From: Podarcis melisellensis
Lineage: Eukaryota
Reading direction: 5' to 3' (one strand)
Assembly (NCBI GenBank): GCA_964234715.1
Contig: OZ174282.1
DNA length: 64,000 bases
Positions within the stretch are counted from its first letter, which is position 1. Every line of letters starts with the position of its first letter. The notes under the pieces are model-generated. The model saw only the letters and a list, made by a program, of their open reading frames with translations, was not told the origin of the DNA and ran no database searches. Below, piece by piece: positions 48,401 through 59,940 of this stretch. The position numbers and the translations under genes are program-made.

Positions 48401-49410
48401 GGCAGGCTTGAAGAGACGGAATACAAATTTAGGGCGGCCCAGGGGCAAGGCAGCCTGTCAGTTTGCTTAGACAATAGGCGTTCCAAACACCTGTACAGGC
48501 ATAGCACCAGCAGCAGCATGAAAATTGCTGTGGATTCTGGTCATTCATTCCCTTATGATTATTTTTCCTCCCTTGGATAATGCAGAGGTGGGCATGACCA
48601 AGCAGATTTTCTTTGCAGAGCAGGGGGTATTGTACATCCCATATGCAATCTATATGTGCACCAGCCTGTTAACCAGTTCCAAATAGCTGATGAGGATAAG
48701 TGCAGGAGAAGACAAGATCTCTACAATCTGTGCTGCTGGCTCTCTGCTTTTGTGTGAGAAGATTTCCTGTGTGCACCCCAGTGAAAGAAACAGCCTCCAT
48801 CACCCAGTGCTGGCTGATGCCCATGTTCCCTGCTTTTATTAAACTTGACAGCAATGTCTGGTGGGCAGCTGCAAGAAGACAGACAGGTGAGGTTAGTGCG
48901 CCATTGCCTTGCTCCATTGTGGCTCGTCTTGGTCTTGCATAGCACAGCACAGGAGTGAAAAATTGGGGAAGAGCAAAGCAGCTGCAATCTGTTCTCCAGG
49001 AGCCTGTAAATTTGCACAGTTCCAGGATGCCATAGTTTGGCGCATGAACCAGGCCGTTGCCTCTTTCTGTGTGTGTTAATACTATATGATAACAGTACAA
49101 TACTATAGTTCTTGCTCTACTTATTTCTCCCCATTGCCAGTTGTTGGGAATGACTTGCACTGTTCTTTCTTTGTGTGTATATAAATTTTATGTTCCCATT
49201 ACTAATTTCTTGAAATGCGTTTGCATTTGTTTTCAGTGCCACAACAGTCTGTTTGATGCAACAGATCAACAGGGCTACCCCTCTTAAAAAGTGGGATAGT
49301 GGGTTCAGATCAAAGCAGACCCCTGTTTTTCAGAGATTTCAGCAACCTGTTCTCACAGTGGCTAAGCAGATTCCGACAGGAAGCCTACAGGCAGGGATCT
49401 GAGCACAACA

Positions 49411-49676
49411 GATGACCTTAACAGATTGGAGAACTGGGCCAAAACTAACAGAATGAATTTCAGTAGGGACAATTGCAAGGTTCTGCACTTAGGCAAAAAG
49501 AACCAGCTCCACAAATATAAAATGGGGAACACCTGGATTGCCAGTAGTACATGTGAAAAGGATCTAGGGGTCTTAGTAGACCAGAAGTTAAACGTGAGCC
49601 AACAGTATGATGCAGCAGCAAAAGAAGCGAATGCTATTCTAGGCTGCATCAACAGAAGTATAGTGTCCCAATCAAG
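49411..49676 (+). mobile_element. CR1 LINE ORF2 (RT C-terminal) fragment
   Basis: DDLNRLENWAKTNRMNFSRDNCKVLHLGKKN...CEKDLGVLVDQKLNVSQQYDAAAKEANAILGCINRSI, a classic CR1 RT segment. Confidence 0.92.
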
Positions 49677-49939
49677 AAAATGGCTAGTAGACACTGATAG
49701 CTGTTGCCTTAAAGGCTTATCTGTATCTGGTTGGCTACTGGGAAGCAAGATCCTGGGCTAGACAGACTGCCATTGGGTCTCCTCCAGCAGTTGGTTCTTA
49801 TGTTCTGTGGCAGAAGAGGTCACAAATTCTCTCTTCTCTGAGATGAAGTCTGTCATTGTTCTCAAGAATGCAATTCCTCCTTGCAACCTTCCTTCCACTT
49901 TGTTCTGAGCCATGCTTAGATCCACCTCCAGCATTGGAC

Positions 49940-49941
<2 letters not shown>

Positions 49942-49990
<49 letters not shown>
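49942..49990. repeat. (GT)n microsatellite
   Basis: Direct read. Confidence 0.97.
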
Positions 49991-49991
<1 letters not shown>

Positions 49992-50478
49992 TGGAAGGCT
50001 GCCAAGAAGATATGGTATTTATAGCACTTACTGGAAACCGTTGGCGTGTTCCTCGGTTTCGAATGTGATTGATTTTGGAGAAGGAAATGCTCTGGAGCCC
50101 CCCGGGGCCAGTGGGCAGCTCGGACCAGGAGTAAAGGGGGTCCAGGGTTAGGCCTGAGTGGCATTGTTTCCATTTTATCTCCAAAAGCAATTTGCAGTTC
50201 TTTGTTTCCTAAGTGACTCTTAATATGATGGACAAAATGAGATCACTGGGTATTAATCCTCCATTTAAGAAGTACTTGAAGTAATACCACAGTGAAAGGG
50301 AACGTTAAGCCACTTAAACAAATACCTGCTGAAGTTTATAATCCTGATAAGAGTAAGGGTTGGGTTGTTGGGGTGGGGGAGAGTGGGAAGGGGCCTGGTT
50401 TCCTGCTCCTCCTTAACATTCACAGGAGAGTCAGTGAAAGCCCTCTTGAATTGTGTGAAAACAATTCAAAGTGTCCAA

Positions 50479-50865
50479 CCTTGTCTTCGTCTTCTCCATC
50501 ATCTCTCACCCATCTTTGGATATATGCCTCTTCAAGTTCCCTCCATCATCTTCTGTTGCTTGCCTCTTGCATCTACATAAACCCTGCTATTAATTTTAGA
50601 TTGTCTACCCATTACATAGGTGGTCATGCCCTTGGCCTTTTGAAATTGTAGCATTGATTAACCTTCATCAGCCCAAATTGCCTCTTGCCACATGTCCTGC
50701 ATATATCCATGTTAACTTCACAACCTTTTCCACTGCATCCGTTACTTTTAATCTTTGCCGTATCCAATTATTAGTTTTTCCAACTTTTTACGATATTTCT
50801 AACATTGCACGTTTCACAATCTTAGGAAGTTCTAATTCAAGTGACTTTTTGTACAGACCAAAGTC
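50479..50865 (-). mobile_element. Decayed RTE-clade LINE 3' end (RTE-1 type, not BovB)
   Basis: Manual minus-strand translation: KRAMLEIS*KVGKTNNWIRQRLKVTDAVEKVVKLTWIYAGHVARG, then a frameshift, then KRPRA*PPM*WVDNLKLIAGFM*MQEASNRR*WRELEEAYIQRW; followed by a GAT/GAAGAC-like tail. Confidence 0.8.
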
Positions 50866-52225
50866 AACCAAGGTAAAGGTCTTCAGTGTGTGTTCCCGTG
50901 TGGGGCACGCACATTGCCACATGCTCAGAATTGCTCTCTCCACCTCTCAAAGCTGCTAAAGCCATAAGAAGACATCTTGCAACCCAGATCCATGCTGGAT
51001 CTGGATTGGTCATAGCTTTGAACATTTAAACTACATCAGCTATGGATGGTTGCAGTGTCCAAAACAGAAATAAAGATTTGGATCACTTGGCTCTGAGTTG
51101 TTGAAGGTGTTTTCTGTGTTACTACTTAACTTCCTATTCTGAATTTGGGAACAAAATGGGATCAAAGACCCTAACAAGTAAGTAAGTAAAATATACTCTC
51201 GAGATAATATATTCCCTTGAACATGTCAGTGCTTTGCTCATTCGGTGGCAGTAGGGTGGCAGTGGAGGAATTCACATCTATTTAAATGGGTACCATTCTG
51301 TGAAGCATAACTTGAGTCAGTCCACTTTTGTGTTCCTGTGGCATGGAGTCTATGTCTATTACCTTAGGAGCAGGCAGAGGGTGAGGCGGATGCTGTGGTG
51401 CTCCCTGTGTATCCACGGCATCTTGGGCCTGCTGAAGGCCAATCTTCATACTCTATGCTATTCCTAACAGTGTTTTAAGCATCCAGGTCCAGGACCCATC
51501 TGAAGGCATGGGAACAAGTGTGGTGGGCCCTTAGGGTTGAAGCCGAAGGACTGTTTTAAGATGTCTAGTTCTGGTAATCCCTAAGTGCTCTGATGGTGTT
51601 TCCTGCTTGGCAGGGGGTTGGACTCGATGGCCCTTGTGGTCTCTTCCAATTCTATGATTCTATAATTCAACCAAATGTCAGGCTTGGGAGAACTATGTTG
51701 TTGTTTTTAAATTAGAATCCCAGGATCCACCAACCAGAACCAGGCTCAGAAAGGTAGTTCAAGGGGCAGAGCCAGTTTTCTGCTGCACACCCCATTAGTC
51801 ACTTGCTGGGATAATCTCTGTGTACAAGCTGTCTGTCTACCATCTGCCCACTCCTGCCCTAATGTGCAAACTCCATGCACCCACAGCCGTGCAACACGTG
51901 AAATTTTAATCTAGACTGTGCTGCACCATCTCCAGAGTGAGCAGAAGTTGTCATTGATGGCTCTCCGCATCTGCCACTCCACATACGGGTTGAGTAACTC
52001 AGCACAAGCCACAGCTCCGTGATTGAGCACCTGCTTTGCCTGCAGAAGTCCCTGGTAGATCTGGTGAATAGTTGCCGCCAGTCAGAGTTGACGATGCTGG
52101 GCTAAATAGTCAAAGAAGTCTAATGTGGTATAACACAGCAATCTCCCATCCACCACACCAGGTATGCCAGCATTCCTTGTGTTTACATCTCTGTCATGCC
52201 TGATCTCCTTTTTCTGCCTTTCCAG

Positions 52226-52343
52226 TTTTTCAAGTGCTGAATACCAAAGTGTTATAGAAAGAATCTCCCCCATCGTCGAGCAGCACAAGGAGACATTGCT
52301 ACCTGGGCAGCCTCAGCTGAACGTCTGTGACAAGGCCGTCATG
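52226..52343 (+). CDS. GALNS: GALNS exon 13: [39 protein letters not shown]
   Basis: ttccag|T TTT...GTC ATG|gtaagg; 118 nt. Confidence 0.96.
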
Positions 52344-55081
52344 GTAAGGGATTAAAATGTAAATAAGCATAAACCCCTTGGTCCTTCATGTAGTCTGTGG
52401 AGCTTATCTCCCCTTAGGTTGGGCAACTCAGAACATCATCTTTCCCTTTTTGCAGGAAGTGCTTCAATTCACTAGGAGTTTACGTAAAAAAAAAAGTCCA
52501 TGCATTTCTGTTGTCACTATATCTTCCTTTGTGAATTTAAAGAGGCAGCAGCACTGAAATACCAGTTCCATACATATGGAAATGAGCCTGAAAAGTCTCT
52601 GTCCATCCTCACTGAGGTATCTTTCCTCTTCTCAGCTTTTGTAGTGCCTAGTATGTGCTTTGGATGCAGTAGGTCTTAGGTTCGACTCCTGGCATCTCCA
52701 GGTATGGCTGGGAAATATCACTGTCTGAAACTCAGGAGATCTGTTGCCAGTTAGTGTACAAGGGACCACAGCACCTTGAAAGAGGTAGAAATTTGGCCCT
52801 TGCAGTCATAAAATCTAGGAGAGTCCAACTCTCTGTGAGAAACTTCAGCTTCTCTGGCAACTGAGGCGTCCATCTGTTTGCCTTGCACCTCTTCCACTGT
52901 CCTTCCCTTTACATTTTGGAAGTGATAGCCAGATTGTGAAAACCCTGTTAATTGTTCTTTAAGTTGGCTGGAGCCCTCCTTCCAAGAGCTGAATGCCTGC
53001 AAAAATGCCCTTTGCTGTGATTGCCAGGCCATCATTGCCACCTGGTGTTAGCAGTGCAGAATGCAAAGCCTCACTCACCAGCAGCCTCTCGAAAACTATT
53101 TCCCCCTGTAGGGCTCTCACATGAAACAAAGCAGATAAAAATAACGCAAACAGCACAGATCGGGCAGGAATGACCTTTAATAAACTGACAGCTGGATTCT
53201 CCCATGGATGGGTGGGCTTTGCAGAGAGACGCCGAAGGAGGGAGATGGTGATGCGCTTGGCTGCCCTTTGAAGGTGATTGATGTTGGGCCAAGCGTGTGC
53301 TAGGTGCAGTACAGAATATGGATGTGAGGCAATCTCCGCCTCAGAGGCCTTGCAGCCTTTGCTGGATGAAAAGGACCAAAACAGAGGGACATTGATTGAC
53401 TAATGAGCAGCAAAGGTTCAAATGAGGGAAGGGACAAATTGGAAGAAGCTAGGGTGGCTTATGAGGGATGTGCAGCAGAGATCATTTTATGGGGACAGAG
53501 AGTGGCTCATGCAGAAGTCTAGGCCCTCTTGACTTGTCCACACTAGCTGATGAGGAGTGAGGGCTGGACTCTGTACTGCTGGTTTTCACTTGCCTTCTCC
53601 AGAGCTGCTTTCAGCTCTGTTCCAAATAGACTTGATTTCCTTATTTATTACCTGCCCTTCACCATAAGGTCCCAGGGCAAGTTACAGTGATCTGAAAATA
53701 CAGCATTAATAACGTTTTAAAACAAATGACAGCCATAGGAATAGGGTGGGGCCCAAAATATTATCTATCTCAAGTGTCAGAGGCCAGAGTAAAGGCTAGG
53801 CATAAACATGCCTTTGAGGGATAAGAGGCTTTTCCAGCACAAGGGCGAAGATGACAGAGCCAAAGGGACCCAGAGATAAGGGTGGGAGCGAGGAAGCTCA
53901 CTGGATTAAGGGCTGAGGTGAAGAACTTGAGGGGAGGCACTTTGGCACTTTCTCCCCTGGTGCCCCAGTTGTGTACCCACTGCCATCAGGAACACCCATG
54001 GGGGATTCTGTCCTGCTCATCCTGCATGGCATCTAAAGACAGGCTGTTTGGTGGCTAAAGGCCCCCTTGAGACTTCTCAGGTGGGTGGGTTGCACTCATT
54101 GCCTGGTTGTAACCAATCGCTTCTGGGCTCTGGGAGGGATTTCTCTTTGTGGAGGGTGTCCTCTTCCTCTTTCCTGACATTGGCTGTCTTCTACAAAACT
54201 CAAGCAAGGGCAGGATAATTCCGGTGAACCACAGAGGTGTCCAGGCTGAGCTCTCCTGTTTCGGTGTCGCCATGTAAATGCCTTCTAATCCATCAGTTGG
54301 CGGGCTAATCCATCAAACTGCTCATTAAAACACAAATGTTCTTATCTGTCTCACCCTTGGCCTTCCGAGACTGCTGTCTTCTCCTGAGCGCTTTGGGTAA
54401 TCTCCGCAAATATGTCTGTGCAAAATAATTATAGAGCCTTTCAAAGTCTAGGGCTGTTTCTCTCTTCCTGTCAGCAATACAAAGGTTTGCTCACTTATCA
54501 CGATGCCAGAAGAGGGATTTGAGACAGCCCCAGAATAATGCAGGGATAGTGCGGAGGGGGGTGGGGAGAGCTAATACATGACCCTGTTGTGAAGAGGACA
54601 AGGCAGCCCAGTCTGTTGGAATGGGGTTTTAGCATGTGGGTTTTTGCACTAGTTTTACCATCCTGTTCACAGGGTGTCGTGATTCTTGAATGTCAATTTT
54701 CTAACAGAAATAAGTTGTTGTTGTTAATAAAGTGCCTGAGCCTGGGGTGAGGAACCTGCATCCCTCCAGACCTTGCTGGATTCCACCTCCCATCAGCCCC
54801 AGCCAGGAAGGCCAGAGTTCAGGGGGGATGGGGGTTGGAAGAAGAACATCAGAGGCTTTCAGGTTAGCTACTTCTGGCCAAAGGTATCCTAAGTAATGCA
54901 CAAAGTGGTTTTTTAAAAAAAACAAAAAACCCAACAGCCCCTGCCTCCAGGCTACCAAGGTGAGAGACATCATATGAAAATGGGGGTGGGTTGGGGTATA
55001 ACAGGAAAGCAAGCAAATTCAGATGCTAATTTTTCCTAGTGATTTGTGTCTGACCCAGTTTCTCTTCCTGTCTTGCAACAG

Positions 55082-55168
55082 AATTGGGCTCCTCCAGGAT
55101 GTGAGAAGATAGGGAAGTGTTTGAAGCCTCCCAGCCCCAACCCTCAAAAATGCTTTTGGCCCCACTGA
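55082..55168 (+). CDS. GALNS: GALNS exon 14 (last): [28 protein letters not shown]
   Basis: caacag|AAT TGG...CAC TGA; summed CDS 1557 nt = 518 aa + stop, with all exon phases consistent. Confidence 0.96.
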   Translation, partial: NWAPPGCEKIGKCLKPPSPNPQKCFWPH

Positions 55169-55992
55169 GCATCTCATGCCTGACCTGCTGGAGACAGAGC
55201 TGCTGCTGCAGATCATTTCTTCAGAAAAGGGGCATTGTGGGAAGAAGCCCAGAGTGTTTCCCTCCTCTCTTTCTCAGGGTCACAGCAGTAAATCTATATG
55301 AATTCAGCCTCTCAGTACAGACAGGGCAAAGGTACTGTGAGCTTAAGACTATTTCAGATATTAGGGCTGGAGAGCCTGCCTTAGTCCTTTGCTGCTCATA
55401 AGTTCCTTTGAGACTGAGCCCTCAGTTATCAGTTGTGATCATCTCTTACAGCATTCTGCTCCCCTCCCACTGCCTAGAATTGGAAGTTTGTCCTGGAGCT
55501 CAGGAGCCCTTCTGGACCTGATGAGGCAGAGCATCTTTGTGCCATCTAAAAATTGTTAAGCGTCAATGCCAGTATTCAGCGGCTCCAGCGAATGTACAGT
55601 GTTGCTTAAATGTGTTTGGAGCAAAGACTGCTGCTCACTGCATGCAGTGGCAGCAACATTACAGTCTATTGGCTATAATATCTCCCATACCCTCTGCAGG
55701 CCAGCTTTGGCAGGTGGGCAGGACTACCCACCTGTCAATCACCAGACATCATAATGGTGTCAAAGTTTAAAGGAGGTTGTTGCATCCTCCTTTGAGGATG
55801 TTATTCCAGCACTAATCAGCTGATTGGCACTGGAAGTGCAATGAACTAGCCATTCAGCTGATTATTAGTTACAGGAAACCCCTTTGAAGTCTTTGCAGAG
55901 TAGACAATGCACCTAAAATTGAATTCTTTCCCTCTGCAAAGAAAATGGTCTCTACTCAAAGTGCTTTCTCCAGCGTTTTCAATACAAACTGC

Positions 55993-55993
<1 letters not shown>

Positions 55994-56043
<50 letters not shown>
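55994..56043. repeat. (TTTC)n microsatellite in the putative GALNS 3'UTR
   Basis: Direct read. Confidence 0.95.
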
Positions 56044-56044
<1 letters not shown>

Positions 56045-56635
56045 AGCTTTTTGGATTCAAAACACAGGAGGAAGTGCTTTAAATCCAAGTTGCTTCCTGC
56101 AGCCCCCTTGGCTGCACTAGATAACTTCCTAGTGCAGCCAATCCCAGCTGATTGTTGGGGCTTTGGCAGTGCAGGGCTCTCTTCGAGCACTAACAGTCAG
56201 CTGATCATTGGTGTTTGCAGAGAGTCCTGTATTGCACTTCAAAAAGGGCTCTGCAGGTGCCCTTTTGGGCCCAGCTATTACTTTTCCTGCATATCACACC
56301 CTGTGCAATATATGCTAGCAGGTATAGGGCAGGTGAGTGTGGCTTGGCCAAAATGGTCTGGCCAGAGGCTCCCCACACCTGAGCTATATTGTCAAGTTAA
56401 TGCCTCTGATAGCTAAGTGGAACTTCTATGTTTAGAGGCAGTCTACCTCTACATGCCAGTTGCTGTGGGGTGGAAGAACAACAGGGTAGTTGTCATCACG
56501 CCCAGCTTGTGGGCTTCTTAGAGGCACCTGGTCAGCCACTGCTGGAAACAGATGGCTGGCAAGGTAAACCTTTCTTCTGTTATTTTGCTATGCAAAGAAG
56601 TGTTCTCCATTGCCAACATTTCTTTTAAGACTTGG

Positions 56636-56691
56636 TTTCAAATGGTGCCAAAATATACATTTTCAAATGGTGCCAAAATATACATTTTCAA
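56636..56691. repeat. Exact 25-bp tandem duplication tttcaaatggtgccaaaatatacat
   Basis: Units 56636-56660 and 56661-56685, plus a partial third unit. Confidence 0.9.
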
Positions 56692-56712
56692 GAAGTGCCA
56701 AAGGTTAATATG

Positions 56713-56718
56713 AATAAA
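56713..56718 (+). promoter_or_regulatory. Candidate GALNS polyadenylation signal
   Basis: First AATAAA I found after the stop, followed by a GU/U-rich tract (tgtgatgttgttttt); implies a 3'UTR of about 1.55 kb. Confidence 0.5.
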
Positions 56719-58644
56719 TGTCTGCTGCTGTGATGTTGTTTTTAGTATGATTAGAAGAGTTCTGTATGTTTGTTGTTAACTTTCAAGAAATACTTTTGTC
56801 AGCTTTGTAACTTTCTTATTGTGTGACTGTAAGAAATTAAGGCCAATATAATATGTGATCTACAAGTGCTGTGTCTCTCTTCCCTGAGCTCCTTGTTGAA
56901 TGAGATTGTGGAAGATAATAAGATTTGAAATGCAAATCCCGGTGTACAGTATTTTAAAATGTGAGAAGTTGGGGAAGGAAAGGAACAGAAGTGCCTTGGG
57001 GGCCTGTCATGCTAGAATTCTGTTTGGTAAGCCAAGCCTCTTGGTTTAAGCTGTGATGGATTTCTTCACATGCCCACACCAGCAAAGTCTTGTTCCACTT
57101 CACTAAGTGGATCCCAGGGGAGACATTGAAAGACTGGCCTCTGCCATGGATTCATTAAGTAGCCTTGAGTAAATCACCTTCTCTGTCAAACTTTATGACA
57201 ATAGCCTATCTCACAGGGTTGTTGTGAAGACAGATCCAATAAAGATGGCAAAGTTGTAATAAAGATGCTATCTATATCCTCCTCCTGTGAAAAGGAAGGT
57301 GTTAGGGTTGTCACAGAAAGGCCGAATTGGTGGTGAAATTGCAGAACAAACTCAACTGCAAAACAGAACCCCCCTACAATTCCAATCACTACCTGTCTTT
57401 GGGGATATGGCTGTTAAAAAAGCTCTGTGTTCCGATGGAAAGTTGCATGCTTGGGTCAGTGTTTGTTTCTTCTGTTGCTAAGGACTGGCCAGCTTGGGCC
57501 AGCTGTTGGGGGAAAGGATTTTTTTCTGGTGGTGGAGGAGATAATTTGTCTTTGAGAAAACCCTAGTATTAGCAGGGACAGCTGTGAAAATAGCCTACAC
57601 AGTGACCTTCTGCTTCATCACCCACCCACCCCGTTCTCTGTCTTGCCCAACAAAGGCCTTTCTGAGAAATGCAAATCCTTCTGGATGGATGTGACCTTTG
57701 TATAGGCTTTCAGCTCAACTATATCCCTTTAAAGAAAAAATAAATATTCTCAGCAATGGAGACTGGAAACAGGGAAATGGCAGTGCCCCACAAGCACCTT
57801 GTGTGGTGTTCCTTCACCCAAGATGCATTCTTTTCCGTCTTATCTAGCCTGGCAAAGAGTTCTGCGTAACTTGAAAGCTTGCAGACTGTACCATGAATGT
57901 TGGCTATTTAGCTGATCTGTGGATTCTATTCTAATGGACCAAACCTGACTGCCTCTTTCGTGTCTGCAAGAAGGTTAAAAATGCCCTGCACAAAGCATAT
58001 TAATTGAGAAGTATGTTCAGGGTTTCAGCTACATTCTTACAGGAACAGAAGCAAACCGTTACAACTGGAAATCCAGCATTGTCAAGGTGAGTTCTAGAAA
58101 CTGTCCCTTCTGCTCCACAAGGGGGCTTCATGGGACATCCGGCTTTGAACACATCCACTAGGGTTAAACAATCTGCACTGACTGCCTATTGCTTACCAAG
58201 CCAAGTTCATGGTTTTGTTGTTGCCGTTTAAAGCCCTAAACTACATACTGGGACTTCAGCTAGTGGGTTGGGGCCAACAGTTTGGATCACGGCATGATCT
58301 AAAGTGGGTCACAGCAGCAGCATGGCCAACATACAGATATATGGTTAAATAAATGAGAAACATGTTCCCATATGCATGTTTGGATTAGAACTGGGTCTTT
58401 GGTTGGAAAAGGTTGAAGATATGTTGTAGCTGTTACTGCAAATTTTTAATGCTATTTTTGTGATGTACAAATGACATGAGAAGGCTTGGTCTATTTATTT
58501 GTATCACTTATAATTCCTTTGATCCTTGTTTATAAAACCTGATAAAAAGTTATTAAAAAAGCAAAAAGTACACAGAGGATGGCCACCTACAGATTGCCAA
58601 AGGACAGGAAATGCATGACACAAAATGAGGACACCTTTGCATTA

Positions 58645-58837
58645 TTACAGACGCTTCAGGTTACAGACTCCGCTAACCCAGAAATAGTACCTTGGGTTAA
58701 GAACTTTGCTTCAGGATAAGAACAGAAATCATGCGGCGGCAGTGGGAGGCCCCATTAGCTAAAGTGGTACCTCTGGTTAAGAACAGTTTCAGGTTAAGAA
58801 CGGACCTCCAGAACAAATTGAGTTCAAGGTACCACTG
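58645..58837. mobile_element. Tigger-like MITE, left end truncated (family of 12767-13010)
   Basis: Shares cgcttcaggttacagactccgctaacccagaaatagtacc...ggaggccccattagctaaagtggt...ggtaccactg|ta. Confidence 0.85.
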
Positions 58838-58983
58838 TATTTGCATAAACCAATTATATTTGCATATTTTAAGGGGGAAATCACAATGATTTAAATATCA
58901 GAGGGGGGGAAGGAGTTGTGTGCTTGCTTGATCTGCTTATTACTGGTAGGCTGGTTTATCTTTAAATCAGACTTGAACTGGAC

Positions 58984-59190
58984 AGCCAGTGTGGTGTGGT
59001 GGTCAGAATGCTGGACTAGGACATGGGAGACTTGGGTCTGAATCCCCACTCAGCCAGGAAGCACACTGGGTGACCTTGGGCCAGTCACTCTGTCTAACCT
59101 ACCTCACAGGATTGTTGTGAATTATAAAAACGGGGAAGGAGGAGAAGACAATGTATGCCACCTAGAGCTCTTTGGAGGAAAATTAAATAA
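58984..59190 (+). mobile_element. Squam3A/MIR-like SINE upstream of APRT
   Basis: agccagtgtggtgtggtggtcaga...gaatccccactcagcc...tgggtgaccttgggccagtcac...acctcacaggattgttgtg; a minus-strand relative lies near 37285-37480. Confidence 0.75.
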
Positions 59191-59639
59191 CACAGAAAAT
59201 AAAGGACTTTTCCTCTGGAAAATAGCGCACAAACCCACTCCATGTCCTCGTAGCTGCAACAACCCCATATTTTCTGACCCCAGCTCTCCTCCTCTGCGTG
59301 TGCCTTGTGTCAAGATTCTCGATTGTAAGGGAGGTGGGGCAGGGACCTGACCTTTGCAAAGTATAGCTCGCGTTGATGACGGCTGCAAGCCAGAGAGCGG
59401 AAGCCCAGGGCTGCAAAACCACCAGTCTCTGCTGATTCACCGGCTAAATATGCAAGAAGAGTCCTGCCTCGCCCTTGAGCACCCGCTGGCAAAGTGGAGG
59501 AAAAGAACTTTCCGTTTTTAAAACCAAAAATATTTAACGGCCTTGGTTCTGTGCACAAAGCTGGACCTTAAAACTCATGGTAACTAAGGAGCCACTAATT
59601 TATTTGTGGTTAATATAACCCCACATAGATAGGGACCTG

Positions 59640-59940
59640 GAGGTTCTAACTTTCTTTGCTGACCCCCCCCAAGCGCGCAAGAGTGGTGGTTCCTTACAAC
59701 TAGTGTCCCCCCTCCCGCCGAATGGTTTCTCCCAGGAGGGCGACTCTCCCACGCATGCGCGTTGCTTCGTACCGGGCAGATTGACTGTTCTAGCCATGGG
59801 CGCTGAGTTGCGGCAGCTGCGGCTGCAACAGAAGCGGCGGTTGGTCCAGGAGCGGATCCGGGAGTTCCCCGATTTTCCCACGCCGGGGGTGCTTTTCCGG
59901 TAAGCGGGACGGGTAGTGGCCACTTTGGGCTATGTGATGC
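59640..59940 (+). promoter_or_regulatory. CpG-rich APRT promoter / first-exon island
   Basis: CpG-dense. GC box (ctcccgcc, about 59712), NRF1-like CGCATGCGCG at 59752-59761, no obvious TATA; housekeeping type. Confidence 0.65.
59796..59899 (+). CDS. APRT: APRT (adenine phosphoribosyltransferase) exon 1: MGAELRQLRLQQKRRLVQERIREFPDFPTPGVLFR
   Basis: gccATGG Kozak; FPDFPxPGVxFR motif; CG|gtaagc donor; 104 nt. Confidence 0.94.
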
